Assembly (NCBI GenBank): GCA_965218435.1
Contig: CBDCKW010000009.1
Location: 1,920,001 to 1,984,000 of the forward strand
DNA: 64,000 bases
Reading direction: 5' to 3'
Origin: Truepera sp.
GTDB lineage: Bacteria; Deinococcota; Deinococci; Deinococcales; Trueperaceae
Shown: one piece after another, positions 8,427 through 17,510 of the stretch
Layout of the letters: each line of letters starts with the position of its first letter
Numbering within the stretch: the first letter of the stretch is position 1
Made by a program: the position numbers and the translations under genes
The notes under the pieces: model-generated
Databases searched by the model: none
The model's input: only the letters and a program-made list of their open reading frames with translations
Told to the model about the DNA's origin: nothing

Positions 8427-9431
8427 TTACTCGAGCGTCTTTAGGTACGCTAAAAGCGCCTGTAAATCGTGTGATTCTAAATACATAGGCGGCATCTTGT
8501 TCCCTGGTTTGACCGTCTGCGGATTGACGATCCACCCGGCTAAATTGCCTTCAGTATTCGGGAGCGCCCCCGCGCCGATGGTGCGGCGGCTCGCGAGGTG
8601 CGTCAAGTCAGGACCCAGACGGCTCGAGGCGTTCGTACCTTTAATCGCGTGGCAGTACACGCACGCCGACCCTAAAAAGACCTGTTGCCCCCGCAACGCT
8701 TCGCCGCCTTTGGGAACAGGCGCGGCGAGTTGCTGCTGTGAGACCCACGCCTGATACTTTTGGGGCGCGTCGGCCACTACCCAAAACGCCATCTTCGCGT
8801 GCTGTAAGCCGCAGTATTCACCGCACTGCCCGCGAAACGCACCCGGCTGGTCGGCCTCTATAGAGATGGTATTGGTCTGCCCCGGGATCGTATCGATTTT
8901 GCCGTTCAGCTCCGGTACCCAAAACGAGTGAATCACATCGGCCGAAGTCACTTTGATCTGCACAGGTTCCCCCGCCGGGATATGCAGTTCGTTGGCCGTG
9001 GTAATGCCCTCTTGCGGATAGATGACCTCCCACCACCAGCGGTGACCGATCACCTGGATGACGCGCGTCGGAGCCTGAGCGCGAGCGGTGATCACGTTTT
9101 CCGTATAGATGTTAAAACCCATCAGCGTGCCTAACACGGCAATGGGAAAGGCGGCCCCCAAAAGCCCCACAAACCACAGCAGCCCCCGCTCTCGGTCCGA
9201 ATGCAGTTGTGGGTCAGTTGATGCGTCTCGGCGTTTTCTAAAAAGTGCGACGAGGAGCAGCACTGTAACTAACACCACGACAAAACTGGCGACCGAAAAA
9301 AGGACCCACCACCAGGTATCTATATACCTGCTGATCGGTCCCTGAGGATTAAGGGCGGACTGCGTGCGGGCAGCGCAGGTGCTGGCCAAAGCGCCGACAC
9401 TAACAGCTAAGCCGACGTTTAGGCGCTTCAC
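8427..9431 (-). CDS. ctaC: Cytochrome c oxidase subunit II with fused cytochrome c (caa3-type)
   Basis: CuA ligands DVIHSFW and CGEYCGLQHAKM; C-terminal CVYCH...KMP. Confidence 0.93.
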   Translation of the reverse strand: MKRLNVGLAVSVGALASTCAARTQSALNPQGPISRYIDTWWWVLFSVASFVVVLVTVLLLVALFRKRRDASTDPQLHSDRERGLLWFVGLLGAAFPIAVLGTLMGFNIYTENVITARAQAPTRVIQVIGHRWWWEVIYPQEGITTANELHIPAGEPVQIKVTSADVIHSFWVPELNGKIDTIPGQTNTISIEADQPGAFRGQCGEYCGLQHAKMAFWVVADAPQKYQAWVSQQQLAAPVPKGGEALRGQQVFLGSACVYCHAIKGTNASSRLGPDLTHLASRRTIGAGALPNTEGNLAGWIVNPQTVKPGNKMPPMYLESHDLQALLAYLKTLE

Positions 9432-9993
9432 CGCCCGTCCTGTCTAGGTAACCCTCGAGCCGGTGGGCTCACAGCTCCGTCCCGGAAAATAGACCCGGTT
9501 TTACGGGCAGCCAACTTTTAGAACGGATCTTGCTAAGACAATCAGCACAACTTTTACTTATTATGTGTACTGCAGCTACTTGGTTGATCACTTTACACCT
9601 CAGCGGCGTCATTAAATGCCGTACAGCTATGTAGTTCGTCGCACCTCGAGACGAGCGGCTGACTGGGTCAGTTGGCAGCGTAGCAAGACAGACAAAAGTG
9701 CTCACAACGCAAAAGCAAGCACCGCGTTGTCGGCACCTTGACGATATTCATTTGCCACCCCCAAATAAAGTGTTGCAAATTCAGCGTGTGCTGAAGCTCC
9801 TATTATGCGAACGCTTTGGCCGGGATGTCAACACCGTAGTTGTTGGATGAGGAGGGTAAAGCTGTCCCTAGACACGACCTTAGTGCGCGTGCTAAAGCGG
9901 AGATACGCGGACAAAAATCCAGCTATCTGGCAGATAGCGGCAGAGCGAAAAAGGCTAGAAGTCCGAAGATGAGTTGTTAAGTTACCAGTTCGT

Positions 9994-11163
9994 TCAGCGG
10001 CGCGCGAGCACTCGCCTCAAAAACCCTGTAACACGCCCGAACTCGTCGTCACTTAAGCTGCTCCCCGACGGCAAACAGAGCCCTTGCTCAAAAAGCCTTT
10101 CCGAAAGCCGGTCGCCGTAGTAAGGGTAGTGCGCGAAAACGGGTTGGAGATGGAGCGGTTTCCAGAGGGGCCGCGCTTCGATATCGTTGGCGTCTAAGGC
10201 GAGGCGCAGGTCTTCACGGGTCACGCCGCCGGTCTCTAAAGGGTCAACCAAAATGGTGGTGAGCCAGCGGTTACTGAACATGCCTTCGGGTTCAGGTTGC
10301 AGCGTGACGCCGAGATAGTCGGCAAAAAAGGCCGCGTAACGCTCCGTATTGGCGCGTCTGGCAGCGACTCGCTCGTCTAAAACTTGCATCTGACCACGCC
10401 CGATACCCGCCGAAACGTTGCTCAAACGGTAGTTGTAGCCGATCTGTGAGTGCTGATAGTGCGGCGCGGGGTCCCGAGCCTGCGTCGCTAAAAATCTGGC
10501 CTGCTCGATCCACGCGGCGTTATCGGATAGGAGTGCGCCGCCACCTGACGTGGTAATAATCTTGTTGCCGTTAAACGACAACACCCCGAACGCGCCAAAC
10601 GTGCCCATCGCTTTGCCGTCATACGTTGAGCCGAGCGCCTCGGCCGCGTCTTCAATTAGGGGCACGCCGTAACGCGCGCAGGTTTGCGCGATCTCGGTCA
10701 TCTTCGCGGGCATCCCGTAAAGATGGACGGCGATCACGGCTTTGGGCACCTTACCAAGACGCTGACGGTCTCTTAGCGCCGCCTCGAGCGCCGCCGGGTC
10801 CATATTCCAAGTATCAGCTTCGCTGTCTACAAAGATCGGCACCGCACCCTGATAGACAATCGGATTGGCCGACGCTGAAAAGGTAAAGCTCGAGCACACC
10901 ACCTCGTCACCGGGGCCGACGCCGAGCAAAATCAGCGCGAGGTGCAAGGCTGCCGTCCCGGACGAGAGCGCCGCCGCGTGCGCCGCGCCGGTATAGGCTG
11001 CTAAATCCCCCTCGAAGCCGTTGACATTTGGACCTAACGGCGCAACCCAGTTGCTGTCGAAAGCTTCAGTGACAAAGGTGCGTTCAGCGCCGCTTAGATG
11101 CGGGGGCGAAAGGTAGATGCGCGTCGCGGTTTGCGTTAGATCAGCCACAGTTTGTTGTACCAC
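9994..11163 (-). CDS. DegT/DnrJ/EryC1/StrS family sugar aminotransferase
   Basis: IYLSPPH, SSGTAALH, IEDAAEALG, SFNGNKIITTSGGG. Confidence 0.92.
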   Translation of the reverse strand: MVQQTVADLTQTATRIYLSPPHLSGAERTFVTEAFDSNWVAPLGPNVNGFEGDLAAYTGAAHAAALSSGTAALHLALILLGVGPGDEVVCSSFTFSASANPIVYQGAVPIFVDSEADTWNMDPAALEAALRDRQRLGKVPKAVIAVHLYGMPAKMTEIAQTCARYGVPLIEDAAEALGSTYDGKAMGTFGAFGVLSFNGNKIITTSGGGALLSDNAAWIEQARFLATQARDPAPHYQHSQIGYNYRLSNVSAGIGRGQMQVLDERVAARRANTERYAAFFADYLGVTLQPEPEGMFSNRWLTTILVDPLETGGVTREDLRLALDANDIEARPLWKPLHLQPVFAHYPYYGDRLSERLFEQGLCLPSGSSLSDDEFGRVTGFLRRVLARR

Positions 11164-11279
11164 GCGGCTCTACTTGTGCGCAGTAGCAAAGGTCGCAACG
11201 CCTGAGCTTATTTGTTCGGCACTTTTTAAGAGCCCGAATATTGTGTACTTATCGACAACCGACTCAAGCGTTCAGTGAA

Positions 11280-11308
11280 TTGATTTTCAGGTCTATAAAC
11301 GCTATAAT
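11280..11308 (+). promoter_or_regulatory. Sigma70-type promoter of the cold-shock gene
   Basis: TTGATT-N17-TATAAT, giving a ~90-nt GC-rich leader before ATG 11403. Confidence 0.7.
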
Positions 11309-11402
11309 CAGGCCACTTACGCAATCTTAAAGAGCGCGAAAGGGTGGGCGCGAGCTCACAATTACACGGCACGGGTTTCGGCGTGCGGCTAAGGGTTAGA
11401 AC

Positions 11403-11648
11403 ATGGCAACAGGCAGAGTCAAGTGGTTTAGCAACGAAAAAGGGTTTGGGTTTATCGAGCAAGACGGCGGCGGAGCCGATGTATTTTGTCACTTTTCCGC
11501 GATCAGCGCGAGCGGCTTTCGCAGCCTTAACGAAGGCGACGAAGTTGAGTTCGAGGTTGAGCAAGGTCAAAAAGGGTTACAAGCCAAAGATGTCGTAGTC
11601 ACCAACGCCGCGCCCGCTCCGGCACGTTCACAGCGCGAGCGTTACTAG
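11403..11648 (+). CDS. cspA: Cold-shock domain protein
   Basis: GRVKWF, KGFGFI (RNP1), DVFCHFSAI (RNP2). Confidence 0.95.
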   Translation: MATGRVKWFSNEKGFGFIEQDGGGADVFCHFSAISASGFRSLNEGDEVEFEVEQGQKGLQAKDVVVTNAAPAPARSQRERY

Positions 11649-11742
11649 GCCCACCCAACAACCGTTCATAACAATAGGTTTACCTATAGCCTCGGTGTCG
11701 GTAGACCTAAAGTAGATAGACATAAAGTAGATAATCTAGTGC

Positions 11743-11768
11743 AAACCCGGCTCGAGCCGGGTTTTTTG
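11743..11768. terminator. Intrinsic, probably bidirectional terminator
   Basis: Perfect palindrome AAACCCGGCTCGAGCCGGGTTT plus T-run, between convergent genes. Confidence 0.8.
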
Positions 11769-11781
11769 CTTTTCAGTTGTC

Positions 11782-12573
11782 TTAGTTGCGCCCAAGCACG
11801 TACCCATTTTCAACCAACCGGGTCACTCGGTAACCCGACGTGAGCAGCGGCACCATCACCTCGCGGAGCGCCAGACGCCAGCGCAGCGCGTGTTCAGGGT
11901 CGGTCTCGGGGGAGATTTGGCGGGGCAGCTCGAGCCATACCTGCCGCGCCGCCACTGCTTCCCCGGTAATCTGCGGTTCGTCGTCCTCACCGCGTACCAA
12001 ACCGGACACAAAAGGTTTTTTTACCGCCGGTCTTTTCTCCCCTGCCGCCAGCATCCTGACAGGTTCCGCCGTCAAGGGCCACTCAGCAACCAAACGGTCA
12101 CTCGGCAAGTCCCCATTTAAGCCGCCGCCTAGAGCGCCGTAAAAGTCCACCTCGTAGTGCTTGGCCACTGCGCCGAGATGTTCCAAATTGAGTTTGGCGT
12201 TTTTGGCGCGAACCGGGTCAAAGGTCCAGGTAACGTGCGTGATACCGCGTCCTAGACACCAGTCCCGTTGAAACCATTTGAGCGCCTGACCGAGACCGCG
12301 GCCTCTCGCTTCAGGCAAGACCGCGAGCAAATGTGAGTGCTGCCCGACGCGGCCCTCGACATACGACGGAAAGCCGTAGACGAAGCCGAGCAGCGTCTCC
12401 CCTGCAAAGGCCCCGGCTATGAGTGCCCCGGCGTGTTGGGCAGCTCGGAACGATGTGGCGCTCACCTCGGGCACCGGTTCGCCCCAAACCGCGCACTGCA
12501 CTGCCTCACAGTGACGCAGCTCGGCGACGCCCTGCAGTTCACGGATTGTCCAGTCATCGACCGGCTTAGTCAC
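11782..12573 (-). CDS. GNAT family acyltransferase
   Basis: HSHLLAVLPEARGRGLGQALK, WTFDP, NAKLNL, SDRLVAEW. Confidence 0.85.
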   Translation of the reverse strand: MTKPVDDWTIRELQGVAELRHCEAVQCAVWGEPVPEVSATSFRAAQHAGALIAGAFAGETLLGFVYGFPSYVEGRVGQHSHLLAVLPEARGRGLGQALKWFQRDWCLGRGITHVTWTFDPVRAKNAKLNLEHLGAVAKHYEVDFYGALGGGLNGDLPSDRLVAEWPLTAEPVRMLAAGEKRPAVKKPFVSGLVRGEDDEPQITGEAVAARQVWLELPRQISPETDPEHALRWRLALREVMVPLLTSGYRVTRLVENGYVLGRN

Positions 12574-12590
12574 GTACTGACAGTCCCGCG

Positions 12591-14144
12591 CTAGCCCGCT
12601 CGAGCCCTAAAGCGGCGGTTAAAGGGGGGGTGCGCGGCTACAGCTTGCGGCAACTGCTGAAACGCCAAGCCCGCCGAAAAAACCCACCACGTCAAGTGAC
12701 TGAACTGCGCCGACTCAAACCAGGTCAGCGTATAGATCAGGTAGACGACCCCGACAGCCTCGAGGCCCCACCCCTCGCCCCGCGCGGTCACCCATAAAAA
12801 GATGCCCAACAGCAGCACATAGGTGATGAGTCCGCCCAACCCCACCGATACCCAAAGGTCAAAGATGAGGTCATGTGCCTTACTGGACAACACCTTGCCG
12901 AGGTGAACTTTCCCGTCAGTACTGATATAGCGAAAATAGTAGTGATCGGTTCCTCGGAGCGTATCCACCTCATAAACTTTCGACTCACCGGAATTGAGTT
13001 TTCCCTCTTTACGGGGAAGCACAGTCTTCCACTTCTTATCGAAATCATTAACATAAGGGAAAGCTAAGCCAAAACCGTTGTACCCCCAACCTAAAAGTGG
13101 TCGCTCACGGATACCGTCTGCGGCAATCCTCCAATAATCGAGCCGGAACGAAAAGAACGCATCGGGGTTAGTAACTAACAGTTTAAGAGAGGGTAAAGAC
13201 CGAGTTGCACTTGGCGTGCCTAGTGTAGCTGCACCCAGCAGGGCTGCCCCACCTATAACGAGCGGTACGAACGCCAGTAAAACAATTCGCCGCGCTCTTT
13301 CGGCACGCCAAAAACGAATGAGCAAGTAGATAAGTCCTCCGATAAAGGCCGCCTGCGCCCCCCGCGTCGAGGTCAGATAAACACCTATCAGCATCAGCAG
13401 ATAAAGCGGCCAACCGTAACGTTTTCCTACCCAGCCGCGCAACATACTAACGAGTGCAAGAACTCCAATCGCTGCGACGATAAACCCGGCGTGCCCCCGG
13501 TGCGAGGTCAAGCCAATCGGCATCTGTCCCTTATAGATATTGCTGTAAAGAAGCTTGAAGGCGTCGGTACTATAGGCAACTTTGCCCATCGTCGCGGTAA
13601 AATCGAGCCGCCAGTCAACCGTTTGGACGATGACCGCGAGACCCGTTAAGAGTCCGGCAGCCAAAAAGCCGTAAAGCTGCGCCTTAAAGAGCTGCGGGAA
13701 CCGCTTGAGTAATAGCGCGTTACCCAGGACAAACGCCGCGACGTAGGCCCAGTAAACCCAGCCGTCGCCCATCTCGTTGTTGGGCATCAGGGCGTTACTC
13801 GTTTTGACCGGGCTGTAGTAGACGCTTAGCAGGCCAAAGCCTAAATACACGGCCCATAAGAGGGCGGCCCAACCCCAAGCGGGTGGCGGGTAAAAGCGCG
13901 AACGCCCGTGACCCAGGCGTTGCAGCACAAAACGTACCAGCAGCACCAAGAGAATGCTCCAGGTCAATAGAGCGAGCGCGATGACCGCGTAGACTTTAGG
14001 GTCGGTCCAAATTTCGCCGCGCGGCCGTCCCCAAGGATTGATGAGCACGAGTGAGAGAGCACAGAGTACGCCGTAAACGAAACCTAAATCTGAGAAGTCG
14101 AGAAAGCGCCGCTTTGCTTTGGGTACAACTGTTACGGGCTTCAC
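12591..14144 (-). CDS. O-antigen ligase / O-oligosaccharyltransferase family protein
   Basis: Multi-TM; TSTRGA, R..YW..A...I.ERPLLGWG, KAHD. Confidence 0.8.
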   Translation of the reverse strand: MKPVTVVPKAKRRFLDFSDLGFVYGVLCALSLVLINPWGRPRGEIWTDPKVYAVIALALLTWSILLVLLVRFVLQRLGHGRSRFYPPPAWGWAALLWAVYLGFGLLSVYYSPVKTSNALMPNNEMGDGWVYWAYVAAFVLGNALLLKRFPQLFKAQLYGFLAAGLLTGLAVIVQTVDWRLDFTATMGKVAYSTDAFKLLYSNIYKGQMPIGLTSHRGHAGFIVAAIGVLALVSMLRGWVGKRYGWPLYLLMLIGVYLTSTRGAQAAFIGGLIYLLIRFWRAERARRIVLLAFVPLVIGGAALLGAATLGTPSATRSLPSLKLLVTNPDAFFSFRLDYWRIAADGIRERPLLGWGYNGFGLAFPYVNDFDKKWKTVLPRKEGKLNSGESKVYEVDTLRGTDHYYFRYISTDGKVHLGKVLSSKAHDLIFDLWVSVGLGGLITYVLLLGIFLWVTARGEGWGLEAVGVVYLIYTLTWFESAQFSHLTWWVFSAGLAFQQLPQAVAAHPPFNRRFRARAG

Positions 14145-14303
14145 GGTAAAACCTGTGTGACAAAAGCGGCTAAAGACGAGCTATAAAAATCCGCAGCGGC
14201 AACGTGCCGCTGTGGTAGCTTTTTAAGGGGTGCTGAGAACATGCTGCAAAGTCTAGCACCTCCGCTTAGGTTTTACGACGTGAGTTTAGGCTAACCAGAA
14301 GGG

Positions 14304-14945
14304 TTAGGAAAGTGTCTTGAGTTGCTCCAGAGCTGCCGCTGCCCGCTGCCGTACCAGGCTGCTGTCGCTGCGGCCACCCATCATCATGTGCATCTCCATG
14401 TGCCGGTCCACGTCACCAAAGATGCTACCCAAGACTTCGACCTCTTCACGGCTGCGCAAAGAGGCGTCGTCGCGGAAGGTGGTGGTGTAGGCGAACTCGA
14501 ACTCGCGGTCGTCAAGTTCCCCGTTTAAGTAACGCTCGAGGAGCCCTACATAGGGCGTCAGATCGCTGGTCGAGGTGTTGGTATTCGCCGCCGCCGCGCC
14601 GCTGTAGGGCGCTTTGGCAAGGCCCGCGTCCAAGACTTCGGGCGTAATGTCCCAGTTGTCCGCGTCGAAAACGGCCTCACCGTCGCGGTAGAGAATGACC
14701 TGCGGCGACTGGTGGGTGATGCCGGTCTGCTCGGCGATAAAGTTGCTGGCTGGCCGCGCCTGCACCACACGGACGAGCCCGACCGAGAGGTCGTCACGGG
14801 TTTCTAGCTGCTCTTGTAAAAAGCCGAAGCCTTGCATCGTCTTGTGGCAGGTACCGGCCTTAAAGATGACACTGGTCGGGTTTTCTTTTAGAAAGCCTTG
14901 CACGTCTTCGGGTGTCTCGAGGTTGTAAATGCGGTCTCTTAGCAT
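14304..14945 (-). CDS. Monothiol bacilliredoxin BrxC/YtxJ-like protein with C-terminal extension
   Basis: IFKAGTCHK, RPASNFIA, ITHQSPQ; ATG 14945 lies 6 nt after TACAAT. Confidence 0.75.
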   Translation of the reverse strand: MLRDRIYNLETPEDVQGFLKENPTSVIFKAGTCHKTMQGFGFLQEQLETRDDLSVGLVRVVQARPASNFIAEQTGITHQSPQVILYRDGEAVFDADNWDITPEVLDAGLAKAPYSGAAAANTNTSTSDLTPYVGLLERYLNGELDDREFEFAYTTTFRDDASLRSREEVEVLGSIFGDVDRHMEMHMMMGGRSDSSLVRQRAAAALEQLKTLS

Positions 14946-15056
14946 AGCGTCATTGTAGCCACGCACGCCTCCCCCACCATGTCGCGGGCATTGCGAACAC
15001 ACCTACAAACTTGCTAGACTCTGGGGCCGGACGGTTGACGCCCGGCTCAAAAATCT

Positions 15057-15148
15057 GGAGAGGTGTCCGAGCGGTTTAAGGAGCACGCCTGGAAAGCGTG
15101 TGTACGGGGCAACCTGTACCGAGGGTTCGAATCCCTCTCTCTCCGCCA
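15057..15148 (+). tRNA. tRNA-Ser(GGA)
   Basis: GGAGAGG/TCTCTCC acceptor stem, CACGC-CTGGAAA-GCGTG anticodon arm, long variable arm, GGTTCGAATCC, encoded CCA. Confidence 0.97.
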
Positions 15149-15154
15149 AAGGTT

Positions 15155-15188
15155 AAGCGCCGCTCGAGTTGCAAGCGGCGCTTCTTTA
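15155..15188 (+). terminator. Terminator after the tRNA
   Basis: AAGCGCCGCT/AGCGGCGCTT 10-bp stem followed by a T-rich tail. Confidence 0.75.
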
Positions 15189-15197
15189 TAAAACTCA

Positions 15198-15347
15198 GGG
15201 AGTATTGACCTCTGCTGTTGTTATTACGCCTTGAACGGGTAAGCGGTGCTGTTTTGGCTAGTACCCGAAGCTAGACGCTCCCTTTAGCACTTTGACTTCG
15301 CAAAGCTCAGTAACCACTGCGAGGAGGCTTTAGAAGTCAGCAAAACC
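15198..15347. mobile_element. MITE family 1, diverged copy
   Basis: Ends GGGAGTATTGAC...GTCAGCAAAACC(TAG); interior aligns by eye with 36227..36385. Confidence 0.55.
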
Positions 15348-15997
15348 TAGAACGCTACCGAATAGGCGAACTCGAGCAGCGCCCGCTGCTCAAAGCTGTA
15401 ACGCCCCCGTGTCCCGCTCAGCACCCCTTGTGCACGCATTTCACCGATTAAGGCCGTGGTCGTTTCGCGGGCTGCGCCGACAAGGGCGGCCAGCGTGTCG
15501 TGGGTGAGCGGCAGGGTGAGGTGAACGCGGCCTGTTTCGGTGGTGTGACCAAAGCGTTGTCCAAGCCGTGAAAGCGTCCGGGCAAGGCGGGCGGCGACGG
15601 GTAGGTCGGTGTCCTCGAGGCCGTCTCTTACGCGCTGAAGCTGCTCACCGGTCGCCCCCAACAGCGCCGGATAAAGTGCGCCGGCGTTTTCTTTGGCGAT
15701 CTCGCTGACGCCCACCTTAGCTGAGAGCGCCTCGGCACGTTCGCCGTAAAAAGGGGCGTTGGCGAGTGCGCCGATATAGTCGCCGGGGCCGACGAGTTGC
15801 GTGATACGTTCGCGGCCGCTGGGAAGCTCGAGGCTCAGTTTTAGGAGCCCTTCATCAATTTGGTAGAGGCTTACAGCCTCGTCTTGAGCGTGATAGAGAA
15901 CCTCACCTTTGCGGAGCTCGCAGCGCAGAGCGTCGGGTAAAACAGAGGGTACGGGCCTGGGTGCAACAACGGTAAAGCCATTCAAGCCTGGAGTCAT
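15347..15997 (-). CDS. Crp/Fnr family transcriptional regulator
   Basis: cNMP-binding-like N-terminal domain; LTHDTLAALVGAARETTT HTH. Confidence 0.9.
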   Translation of the reverse strand: MTPGLNGFTVVAPRPVPSVLPDALRCELRKGEVLYHAQDEAVSLYQIDEGLLKLSLELPSGRERITQLVGPGDYIGALANAPFYGERAEALSAKVGVSEIAKENAGALYPALLGATGEQLQRVRDGLEDTDLPVAARLARTLSRLGQRFGHTTETGRVHLTLPLTHDTLAALVGAARETTTALIGEMRAQGVLSGTRGRYSFEQRALLEFAYSVAF

Positions 15998-16141
15998 AGG
16001 CTACTTTACAGTGCGCTGACACAAAAGGGTGTCATTTATAACCTCGAGGTGTCGGCTATAATTTTTGAGTAGATTAGAAGCGGCCGAACCGGATAGACCA
16101 AATTAGCGGATCAGCCCACACGCAAACTAAGCCAAACGCCA

Positions 16142-16300
16142 GGTTGCATTGACGTTTGACCTTGTTATCCCTCTTTAAGCAACTGAGAGACGCCGGTTTC
16201 GTCGTTTAGCCCTTACTTTCCTACTTCTTGCCGCTTCATTCTTACTTCTTTCGTACTCCACACTGCTTACAACTCTTGCTGAGCTTATGTCAACCGAGCC
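16142..16300. mobile_element. MITE family 1 copy (159 bp)
   Basis: Collinear with, and the same length as, 36227..36385; degenerate terminal inverted repeats. Confidence 0.75.
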
Positions 16301-17268
16301 TAGCCCGCTAAAATTTTATTGATGTCGTAGAGGTGCCACTCGAGCTCTTTTTGCTTTTCCCAGGTGTCTCGCAGCGGGACAAACACGGTGTCGCGTTTGT
16401 CCACCCCGACCATCACGTCGGTTCGGCCTTCTAACAGAGCCAGCACCGCGTGGTAGCCCAGCCGCGCTGCGAGCACCCGGTCACGGGTACTCGGCGCACC
16501 GCCGCGCTGCACATGACCTAAAATACTGGTGCGCACTTCGTAGCCACTCGCCGCCTCGATCCGTTTTTCGATATCGGCTGCGCCGCCCTTCGCCGCGCCC
16601 TCAGCCACCACGATAATAGACGAACTGCGTCCCCGTTTGCGCCCCGCCGCAATCGACGCGACCATCTGATCGATGTCGTAGTCGCGCTCGGGAACCAAAA
16701 TCTCCTCCGCGCCGCCCGCAATGCCGACGTTGAGCGCGATATGGCCCGAGTGCCGCCCCATCACCTCGACTAAAAAGAGCCGGTCGTGCGAGTGGCCGGT
16801 GTCGCGGAGCCGGTCAATGGCGCTCAGCGCGATATTCATCGCGGTGTGAAACCCGATGGTCACGTCGGTGCCGTAGATGTCGTTGTCAATCGTACCGGGA
16901 ACGCCGATAACCTTGACGCCGTGCTCTTCGGCCAAGAGGTGCGCCCCCTGAAACGAGCCGTTGCCGCCGATCACCACGAGCCCTTCGATACCGTGGTTGC
17001 GCAGAGATTCGGCGGCCTGAGCACGGCCCTGGGGTTCTAAAAACTCGGGGCAGCGGGCGCTGTAGAGGATGGTGCCGCCGCGCTGGGTGATGTTATCGAC
17101 GCTGCGGGCGTTCATCTGGATCATGTCGCCGCCGATCAGCCCTCGGTAGCCGCGGGTTACGCCGAAGATTTCAAGGTTTTCATAGATGGCGGTGCGGACA
17201 ACAGCACGGATGGCTGCGTTCATGCCGGGGGCGTCGCCCCCACTGGTAAGGACTGCAATACGCTTCAT
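16300..17268 (-). CDS. pfkA: ATP-dependent 6-phosphofructokinase
   Basis: TSGGDAPGMN, PGTIDNDI, VEVMGR, LGHVQRGG. Confidence 0.97.
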   Translation of the reverse strand: MKRIAVLTSGGDAPGMNAAIRAVVRTAIYENLEIFGVTRGYRGLIGGDMIQMNARSVDNITQRGGTILYSARCPEFLEPQGRAQAAESLRNHGIEGLVVIGGNGSFQGAHLLAEEHGVKVIGVPGTIDNDIYGTDVTIGFHTAMNIALSAIDRLRDTGHSHDRLFLVEVMGRHSGHIALNVGIAGGAEEILVPERDYDIDQMVASIAAGRKRGRSSSIIVVAEGAAKGGAADIEKRIEAASGYEVRTSILGHVQRGGAPSTRDRVLAARLGYHAVLALLEGRTDVMVGVDKRDTVFVPLRDTWEKQKELEWHLYDINKILAG

Positions 17269-17510
17269 AGGCGCAGTATAACGCCCTTTATGGTGAGTAG
17301 AAATGTCGTGCTAGACGGTTGCAAACAGCTCCGAGCCGACACGACTCGAGCACGCAGCAGCGCCCCCACAATCTTCTCGTCGTCTTTCTCACCCTTTACC
17401 TAATTATTTAAGGTATACTGCACTTAGTTGAGCTGGAACTGCCGACAAACAGGCACAGGCTCGCAAGCGAAAAAACTATAAGCGGAAAGAGTAAGTCGAA
17501 AGGATGCCAG

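Noticed and set aside
9730..9840. Additional MITE family 1 copy in the spacer upstream of ctaC
   Set aside because: Only TTGAC/GTCAACAC fragments match; length and interior do not.
11702..11733. 15-bp direct repeat (TAGACmTAAAGTAGA x2), CRISPR-like?
   Set aside because: Two adjacent copies with no spacers and no cas genes; a simple tandem duplication.
15057..15148. tRNA as an integration site for an island
   Set aside because: No integrase and no duplicated tRNA 3' end seen in the window.
15197..15285. Possible ncRNA hairpin (AGGGAG...CTCCCT) after tRNA-Ser
   Set aside because: Better explained as a diverged MITE family 1 copy; no known RNA motif recognised.
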